From contig NC_133622.1 in assembly GCF_048593235.1 (NCBI RefSeq), positions 205,809,198 through 205,873,197 of the forward strand: a DNA stretch of 64,000 nt. Direction: 5' to 3'. Below, piece by piece: positions 47,501 to 57,500 of this stretch. Position 1 is the first letter of the stretch. Each line of letters starts with the position of its first letter. The DNA is from Sminthopsis crassicaudata (taxonomy: Eukaryota). The notes under the pieces were generated by a model, which worked only from the letters and a program-made list of their open reading frames with translations, searched no databases and was not told the origin of the DNA. A program made the position numbers and the translations under genes.

Positions 47501-50500
47501 TCTCTTATTCTTACAAATCACTTCACTACATAGTTTGTAAAAGAGCTGTCAGAAAAACCTATTACAAAAGGTTCCCCCCCCAACCATGTTTCCCTTTCTA
47601 AATACATCAGATGTATTTGCAAAACCTTCATATTGTATTAAAAATGTTTTTACCTTCCATGATCTTCTCTATTGCTTGTTTAATCATGAATTCCTGTCTC
47701 TCTGGAGTCCCTTCTTGCCTGCTCTGGGGCTGTTTCAGTGATCGGTAACTCATACAGCTTTCAGGGACTAATTATAGAATTTTGCCCAGGTTCTTTCTCC
47801 TACAGTTGGACTTGAGCGCTGGTCCTGGGGAATCCTGACTAGAAATCTCAGGTTTCTTCTTGAGCTGGGCTCTTACAGCCATAGGCTTTGTGGCTTCTTT
47901 AGGCACTGCTGGGTTCAAGTCATTGGATCTACAAGGTCTCCTGGGCTACCTGTGACCTCATTGACCCCAACTTGTCTCTGAATCTCTGGACTTGGGGTCC
48001 CTCTGATTCCTGAGCTACATGAGGTTTAGAGGTTATAGTAATGCATCTCTAAACTTTGTTGGTGTTTCTTGGAGGCCTAGTTTCCCCCATAATTTAGCCT
48101 TCAATCTATCTCACTGCTAGATTCATTTAGTGTTATTCAAAAGAAATAGCATTATTGGGTGGGTGGAAAGGGAGACAATCTTTCAGTCATGGATCTCATT
48201 CCATCAAGTCTTCATGGTGCAATTCTAGACAACCAAAGTCATGGATTTTATGATTACTGGTTCCTTCCTTTGATTTTGCCTTATCAACATTAACACCAGT
48301 GTTCTTCGTACTTAGTCTGATAGCTATCATGGTGTGCAAATTACACGGACCAAACAGTAATTTTGATGACTTCCATTTTGTTTCTACTGACTTCAGGCTG
48401 ACATAGAATGGACAAATAAGTCTGAGACTAGATGAAATCAGAGTGAACAAATTTTCCCACTTTTTAGTGTTTCAGTTGAGTGGTAGATTTCATGCTATAC
48501 ATATTTCATTTTTAAAGAGCAGATATACTCTATACTATATCGTAGTTTCTAATGTAAAATACTGCAATAATTACTGATAGCTTCTTAAACTTCCCCCCCC
48601 ATTTATGACATCTTTTTGCTGACTGGGTATATAGTTAATATATAAAGCAAACATTTACTGATCATTTCATGCAACCCACATCATTACATGATCCCATGAG
48701 AGATATAAGTTTAAGAGAAACTTTGTAGTAATACTACACTACAATGAAAATGACTTCAGTTGCAAATATGGTGAAAACAAACACTAAGTGACAAACTTAC
48801 TGTTGCAAAACATCTTAAGATGTCTTAAGGATCTTCAAGGGAACTGGCCAGGAGAACAGGCATTATTCTCTAAGTGTGATTTAGGTTTCTTTGAGTTAGA
48901 ACAGTGAGACATATCCATCCCAAAAGTATTAGCTTTTGTTATGCCATTTTGTGTTGTCTTCAGTTCTTATGGATACATCAAAACTGTGCAAGACTGATGA
49001 AAAGATTTTAAAATACCTTATCTAGTGGACCTATAAGTCTTTGTCTCCATTTAGGGGATGAACTCTTGATGTCACATTGATAAGTTTGAGAAGCAGGATT
49101 GTCCTAGAATTATAGAAATTCTTAAATAAGAGATGAATCACTAAAAGACAATCTTGCATCATGTAGACTTGAGATGGAAATAAATAAGCTTTGGTGGCCC
49201 AGAAAGTCCATTTAAACCCCAATGAAAATCTGCAGGCTATTTTAGTTCAAGTATGCCTTATACTTACCTAATGTACTGATAAATGTAGTTTAATGAATTG
49301 AACAATTTGTAAAAAAATCTAGGAATTCCTGTTCTACATCTTTTCCTGGGAGGGGGAAAGAGGGGGGAAAATGGCTTAGTTAAAACCTATAGATTACATA
49401 TTCCTTCTCTTGCCCCGACTCCCTCCCTTAAAAAACCCTCACATTATTCATCTATCCCCATCTCTCTAGCTGCCCAAGTTTCTTTCCAATCATTTGAATA
49501 CCGAGCACGGAGCAGCAGTCATCCAGTTTGCCTTATTTCTTGATCTGGCTTGTCAATTCAACCAGCTCAGCATTATTCAGCAGTTTACTTTCATTGCATC
49601 TCTTCTGACAGCACCTTGAGATCCACATCATTAAGAGGTTAAGTAGCTTTTTTTCCCCCAGCACCCATTCCTTTCCTTCTCATTTGACACTGATCAAATC
49701 AGGCATTTTTTACCATTTTGGAAAAGTGCTGGGGTAGGAAAGCCAAGAAAAAAGGAATGAAAAGGGTTGTTCATTTTCTCAGAGCATCCAGCCTGCATCC
49801 TGAATACAGGATGTATAGTTTACACAGTGGCCAAGTAACATTACTCTTCCTTTGCAAAATCTCTACAAACTTGCTGAGGGCTGTCATTCCTTGGGCCTCC
49901 AGTTTCCCTTGTGACCAACATCCAACACTTTCCCCCCAGTATAATTCATTAAGATAACTTTCTGGAAGTTGAAATAATAGACTTTTCATTGCTACAAAAG
50001 TTATTTGGGATTGTTTTATGTCTATGTCTTACAAATTTCTTTGAATCCAAAACCAAGTCACATTTCTTCACCTGAAATCCTTTTTCTTCTCCATTATATC
50101 TAGACCAAACAAAGCTGCACAAAAACAAATCCAACTCCTAATCCAAAGCTGCCAGAATTAAACAGGTGATCACTTGGCCAAAATCTATGTGCAATTGATT
50201 TGTTCTTTGAAAGCAGTGCCTGTGACCTGTGACAGTCTGAATCTCCTTCAAGAACTGATTTAGTTCACAAGCCCAACATCTCTTCATCTGCCCCTGAAAA
50301 CATCTGGGAAACAAGTCAAACATCACAATACTGACCAAAACCCTGTTCCTTGATACATTCCATTACTCCACTCTCTGCCTGAATTGCTTTAAGAGAAAAT
50401 TAATTCAGTCTTTAAAGTACCAAACAATGTGTTATGCTGGAGAAACCCAAAAAAAGAGGCTTGAGGTTATTAATCTACAAACACCTTAAAGTCTTCAAAA

Positions 50501-50686
50501 ATGACAAGGTTTCCTAGGATTTTTCCCGTATACCTGTAATTCAACAAAACTATTGAGGCAGGAGTCAAGTGGAAAGGACACTTAGTAGGACCCAGGAAAT
50601 GAAGATGCAGGAGCTCTAAATTCATTCTCTAAAATCGCCGAAGATCCTCCTCAGATTGAGGCATTAATTCAAAGTATACACATACA

Positions 50687-51461
50687 NNNNNNNNNNNNNN
50701 NNNNNNNNNNNNNNNNNNNNNNNNNNNNNNNNNNNNNNNNNNNNNNNNNNNNNNNNNNNNNNNNNNNNNNNNNNNNNNNNNNNNNNNNNNNNNNNNNNNN
50801 NNNNNNNNNNNNNNNNNNNNNNNNNNNNNNNNNNNNNNNNNNNNNNNNNNNNNNNNNNNNNNNNNNNNNNNNNNNNNNNNNNNNNNNNNNNNNNNNNNNN
50901 NNNNNNNNNNNNNNNNNNNNNNNNNNNNNNNNNNNNNNNNNNNNNNNNNNNNNNNNNNNNNNNNNNNNNNNNNNNNNNNNNNNNNNNNNNNNNNNNNNNN
51001 NNNNNNNNNNNNNNNNNNNNNNNNNNNNNNNNNNNAATCCTCTGTAACAACCAAATGGATAATCAAATATTGCAACGACTCAAGTATTACACTGAGCAAA
51101 GTGCATCTCTACAGTATTCAGTGTTGCTATTCAGTTTTCTAACTTAAAACAGCCTATGATAACTGGCAGCCAAGAAGGTCCTTGCAACAGACTGCCTCTG
51201 CTTGAGAACTCAGGATGTAATTATTGCATGCTGCTAATACACTATCTAAACATTAAGGATACTCTAAGATATTTGATGGTAGACTATGATTAAGACGTTA
51301 CACTACAAAAAACCTTAGGCAGAAGAACATCCTATTGACACGCTTCTGCTTTAGATATTGTGAAAACATGACAGCGGAATGAATTTTCGCAGTGGTTAGG
51401 TCAAACGCAGTTACATCCTAGCAACAGTATGTTTGCACAATTTTAAGGCTTTGGCTGGTCT
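50687..51461 (-). other. EIF4G2: EIF4G2 3' UTR (distal part masked by N 50687-51035)
   Basis: Visible part closely matches the recalled human UTR; TGTATGTGT GU-rich element lies just beyond the N run. Confidence 0.8.
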
Positions 51462-51527
51462 TTAGTCAGCTTCTTCCTCTGATTCTTCTTCTTCAGCAGT
51501 TTCCAGCCAGGTGAGCCATTGGTTGAC
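51462..51527 (-). CDS. EIF4G2: EIF4G2 exon 22, coding part
   Basis: VNQWLTWLETAEEEESEEEAD then TAA; 66 bp. Confidence 0.95.
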   Translation of the reverse strand, partial: VNQWLTWLETAEEEESEEEAD

Positions 51528-54500
51528 CTGTAAATTACACAAAAAGCTTTTAATATTCTACGCCATAGAATCCTGCTTTTCTGGAGATTTCTAACAATCC
51601 CAAAGTCCTGTCTTACTTCTGCTGTTGAGTGGGGTGAGCTTCGTAAAATTTTTGCCCAGAGCCTTATCTTTTGAGTACCAGATTCCACCTTAGAAAGGGA
51701 ACCTTGGGTGATACACGCCACAGTGCCACAACTAGGCCCAGATGAACACTCTTAGGCAAGGAACACCTGGGACTGGAAACTAGGCTTTCCCAAACCAAAA
51801 GCCATTTTATAAATTAAGTCACCCCAAATGTAAACATTATTAAAAAGACCTGTTGCTCAGCTGCTAAGAACTGTGATGTTCCTCTAATCAGTCTGAGGAA
51901 CAAAAGACATTTTCTTTGGACCTGCTCACGACTATATTAATCTAAGGCAGTATCTGTTGAGTATGGGAAAGAATATTAAACTAGGCCTTTTAAAAACAGA
52001 CTGAATCCCTAAAGTTCAATTTGCTATGGGACTTTAAAATAATTTACTTACATTTCAGCTTTAATTTGTTCCCATTATATAACTTACTGGTACATCAATG
52101 AACAGGCACATCCCATGCACTAAATCATAAGTTTAATCTTTAGTAAGAATTCCTATACCTTTCCCAACCTGTAGGTGGCTTCACTTGAAAGCTTATTTTT
52201 AATTGCCTATTAGTGATAGCTAGGTGGACAAATATGCCAAATAATCCTTTTCATACTGTGGTTGGCCAATTTCCAAACCCTTTCTTTTTCTTCTAGTGCT
52301 ATCTGTAAGACACTTTTAATTTTAATGGTGCCAAGGTCTTATTCTCATCGGGTTTACTCTGTTGTATTACATCTAATCCCTAATTATCTTTAAAGACTTT
52401 GATTTATCTAGCACCAGTGATATTCAATAGCTGTAGATAAAAAGAATAACAAAATTTAACAAGTCCATCAACATTATCAACTAATGTAGGAGAATTTACC
52501 TGGAATAAAGCCTTGCCCTTCCCTGGAAACTCTTGGGTTATATCCTCTTTCCATGCCAGGAAAGCTTCCTCTTCAATTATTTCCATATCATAGAAATGAA
52601 CAAAGAAGCGCAGTAACATGCCTACAAAAGAAAATCAAAACCTACCATCAAGTACTGTTCAAGAACTAAACAACCAATATTTATGGTATTAAAAACCCTA
52701 ACTTTCTTAGAACCTAAAAGGCTCACAAGCCTCTATTAAATGAAAATACTGCCTCACCTTTTGGAAAGTTGTTATTGTAGCAGTGCACCTGAAGAGCATA
52801 CAGGGCACTAACTTGTAGGTCGACGTGATCATGAAGGAACTTCTGCATTACTGGCTTGAAAGAGAGAAGCAGCTGTTTTTCCTGCTCCAACTGCTCTTTG
52901 GAAGGAGCAGAGGAAGAATCTGTTTCCTCATTGGGTGGGCTTACTTCACTAGAGATATACTGCAAGAAGCTGGACAAAAGAAAAAGTTGGACTTCAACTA
53001 TGGGCTAAATTTTAGCTTTTAGAGAGATTAAAAACATTTCTATGATCAAATGTCTCCATTGTTTTCTCAATTTAAGTTTAAAGTTTAGAATATCTTACCT
53101 AGTCATTAAAATGTTCACAAATCCCTTGTCTACATGAAGTTTGGGAGAAATGTTGTCTTTAATCCATTTATATATGGTTTGAGGGGATGGATCCAACTTT
53201 ATTTGCTTCAACAGTTCCTTCTCCAATTTGAGAAGTGGGAACAAGAAACTAAGTCCCTTTCCCTCCAAAATCTCCAACATTCGATCCTTATTCTGATCAA
53301 TTTCTGCAAGTAAAAATATTAAATCCTACTAAGGAAAAAGAACTAATTTTGAAAATCAAGTAAGGTTTAACTAAATGAACATAAATATTGCACTCCAGAG
53401 CAGTGACTTCACAGCACAGTACTAAATATTGAATTCTTGATTTTTAATTGCATTTTAGACAAAAAAAAAAATAAAGAGTAAGAAAAGTAAATAATCACTA
53501 GAAGTCCTACTACCTTCCTAGAAAATATGGTTGAGAATAACTGACAATGAACTTGGGTCCCTTCTATTTACAAATAAATACTCAAGAGCTTGTATTAACT
53601 GTATGTGATGAGACATGTGATTTTACTGTGAAGAGGCAATGCCCATTTTAGGAAGCTTCAACTACCAGTATTGTCCGGATTCCTTCTGTGCAATTCTTAG
53701 AAAACTCACTAGAGCATTAAGAGGGCAAATAAATCCTCTGCCTCAACAGCTTGGTATGAAAGGCAGAATCCTAACATAGGTCTTTTCAGCTCTCATCTAT
53801 TGACCCACAACTGCCTCATAATAGAATTGACTGTTTGCAAACAAAATCAGCACCTTCTTACCTGGAAGCATTTTCTGCATATTGACTTTGCTTTGTTGGA
53901 AGAGTTCTGTTAACCATTCACGATCTTGCAACTTAGCTAATTGTTGAAGGCAAAGTAAGAAGAGAGGGAAGTGGGTGCCGCTTTCCAGTGGTTGAGCTAG
54001 CTCTGAAATGCTCACCAACTCTGAAATGATGGCCCGGGCTGCAAACTGAGCTAAATAGGATTTCACCAAAGGGATGTCTACCTCAAGTTTTGGGCACTGA
54101 TCCAATACATTCAGGAAAGCCTGGGGAGGGGGAAAAAAAAAATCCATGAATTTCAGTTCAACAGCTTTCAAGATCAGTGACAGGTTATTTCAACAGAATA
54201 TGCAATGCTCCCATACCTGCATAAAGTTGTCACTAGTGGCTATTCCTTCCTGTTTGAGTAAACTGATCAAAGCACTTGCTTTCTCTTTGTCTTCATCAGT
54301 CCTGTCTAGTGATTGGATGATTACTTTGCTTAACATCTCTGGGAGAAAGTGTTTGGGGGCTCTCATTTCCCGTACTCCATTGACAGCATCATTTGCATTC
54401 CCACTATTCAGATACTCTGTCACCACAGCTTCCTGCAAGAAACACAACCAATAAATATTTGAATGTCTTTCCTAGATGTGTGCCATAAAATAAAAGAATT

Positions 54501-57500
54501 CCAGGGGCAAGTAGGTGGCGCAGTGGATAGAGCAACAGCCTTGAATTCAGGAGTTCAAATCTGATCTCACACTTAACACTTCCTAGCTGTGTGACCCTGG
54601 GCAAGTCACTTAACCCCAGCCTCAGGGGGGAAAAAAAAGAATTCCAGAACTCTTTTAAAAAAGCTAACTTACAGTTAATTTGAGTAGTTCTTCTTTTGAT
54701 GGTGGAGGCTTTTTACTGATCTTGGCAGGTTTTTCTTGAATAAGTGGTGGATTAGTTTTGAGGCCAAGCTGAGGAGTCTAAAAATAGCAATGGAAAACAT
54801 TTAAAAACAATCTTTACAACACGTATACAATACAATGAGCTTTTATTTTAGTCCTATGGTTCTGTTGAAAAGTCAGTCCTCCTGACTTTACCACTAAAAG
54901 AAATTGCATTTGTTCTCCATAGAGAGAAGTGAAATAACACAATAGGAAGTATGGAAGAAGAACAGAGAAGGGGGGGGGAGGGAGAGTCAGACACGCCCAG
55001 TGTTCTAATGTTNNNNNNNNNNNNNNNNNNNNNNNNNNNNNNNNNNNNNNNNNNNNNNNNNNNNNNNNNNNNNNNNNNNNNNNNNNNNNNNNNNNNNNNN
55101 NNNNNNNNNNNNNNNNNNNNNNNNNNNNNNNNNNNNNNNNNNNNCTCAGACTAATCTGTAAATGAAAATATCAATCAGATTTTCTTGTATCATAAAATTT
55201 CTAAGAATCACCTAGATAGCAATCTTTACAAGTTCCACCTTTCCCAAATCAGGCACGGCAAAATCTGTGTAAAGACCTTTAACACAAGTGTTTAAAAGGT
55301 GGGATTGACATTTATAATAAACCTATTATATTTTCCTAGGGTCACACCTGAATACATATCCCACCAACTCAACTAGGCCTAAATTAAAAGATAGCTTACT
55401 TACAGGGAATATATACCATGTCTAATATTTTCCTTCCTCTAGCATTTGAGGAAAAAAAATAAAGTTTGAGTTGCCCTCATATCTCATAATCTTGTTCACA
55501 GGACGCTGGACATCCAAAGAAAGAAAAAGAGAAAAGAAAAGTATAGGAAAAAAAGAGGCAAAGAATTCCAGCATTAAGTCCTCATAATAACGCGTCTTGC
55601 TATAATCATTGGGCAATATTTTGAATCCACAAACTATGGTTATGAGCAACANNNNNNNNNNNNNNNNNNNNNNNNNNNNNNNNNNNNNNNNNNNNNNNNN
55701 NNNNNNNNNNNNNNNNNNNNNNNNNNNNNNNNNNNNNNNNNNNNNNNNNNNNNNNNNNNNNNNNNNNNNNNNNNNNNNNNNNNNNNNNNNNNNNNNNNNA
55801 AGTCTAGATAAAGGAGTCCACAAATTATGGTATTAAAAGAATTAGAGAACAGTCAAGTCACGAAAAAAGCTTAGCTGGATATGCCCAAAGAATGAATGAC
55901 AAAGAATAAAAAAAATGCACCATCTAACCTAACTGGGACTAAGAATTTAGCCAGTTGTTTCTACTAAACTGACACAATCTGAGTGGAGAGAAGTTTATGG
56001 TTTTATAAGGTTTGGGCATTTCCCCAATTTTTATTAGAAATTTGAGTTTTTAGAAGTCTGTTCTTAAGAGCAGATACAAAGTGAAACACTTTAAAAATGC
56101 GTTCTTACCTGGCTTTTCATAAACTTGCCTCCCATCTCTCCAAACTGGGATTGTGTAGGAGGCATGATATGACCCCCATGGCCATTAAAGAGTTGATTTG
56201 ATCGATGACGTCCCATGGTGGGTGAAAATCTATCCTGGATAACTCCTGGACCAGTACCAATTCCGCTACCTTAAAAAGAAAAATTATTAACTAATAAGGA
56301 TTCTACATCTCTAAAAACTTTCCCACAGTGAAACTTACTTTTCATGCATTTCAGTTACCTGGCATTTGTCCAAACATATCAGCAAGTCCTCCAAGTGGGT
56401 CCCTGTCGAGTTTCATCCTGGGTGGCATAAACGGTCCCTCCAGGAAAAAGTCACTTCTCATCCCTTGAGCCATAGGAGCAGGAATAAAAACTCCTAGATC
56501 CTTCAAATCATCAAAAAAGAATCTATTATTATTTGTAGCTACATAGAACCCCAAAGTACAGTTAGAAAAGTCAATAATGTAACCATAAATTTATGTGGAG
56601 TTACTATCTTAATTATTCCCTGATCTACTTGTCCCTAGTATAAGAAAATGCAAAATGGGGTTCAGTGCACTAAAGGCAAATATAAACCACGAAATCAAGA
56701 TGTTAATTAGCAAAATTCCCACTATGTCTCAAATATCACAAAAAGCATCCCTTACTTTTACTGCATCTTGACGGATTTGATTGATCGTCTTTGGTCCATT
56801 GTCAAGAAAAGCTTTGCGAGGAACCCAATTGTGTTCTCGCAACTCCACAGTATCCTTTAATTTAAAAAGAAAAAAGTTGTTTTATTTGGTGAGAATGACA
56901 ATCAGAGCAATGGAGTCATTTATGAACAAAAGGCTTACCTGCAGCAGGAAACGAATCCTTGCTGGCAATTCCTTACTTAGCATTAAGGAACACATTCGGG
57001 CAAAATACTGATCCATTAAGGACTAAACAAAAAACAAAAAATATAGTACAATTTAAATAAAGTTCTAGTCACTAATTCACACTAAAAATAACAAAGTCAT
57101 TGTCTAAATATACATTGGAATGGCCTAGGTCATCATAACCAACTATATGTTTGATAAAGGGGATAAAAGAAGATTGATAAAGACTGAATGGCAATACCTT
57201 GGCTCTTTCATGGTCTAACCTAGGCCCCACTGTCCTCATTATCTGACAGAGGCACTCCAAATCCTCTCCCATATCTTTGAGTTGTACTCTCTTCTTCTTT
57301 TCCAAAAGCTGTAAATATGCCAAAAAAGAATTAAATTCTTTGTAGCAGCGACCATAACACAATGCAAATTTCAGACACCATGAAAACTTATCAGCTAAGG
57401 CATTTCTGACTTTCAAAAATGGCCACACTGGGCAGATGGCTTTTTTGGTAATCATTAAGCTTATTGGTTAGCTGAAAACTACTTATCTCTCAAGGTGGAT

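Noticed and set aside
48196-50450. Non-repeat-looking region downstream of EIF4G2 with small ORFs, possibly an enhancer or extended UTR
   Set aside because: No recognisable protein, splice structure or motif cluster; needs conservation data I cannot compute.
57085-57140. Box C-like ATGATGA in EIF4G2 intron 9 (minus strand)
   Set aside because: No CTGA box D or terminal stem at a suitable distance.
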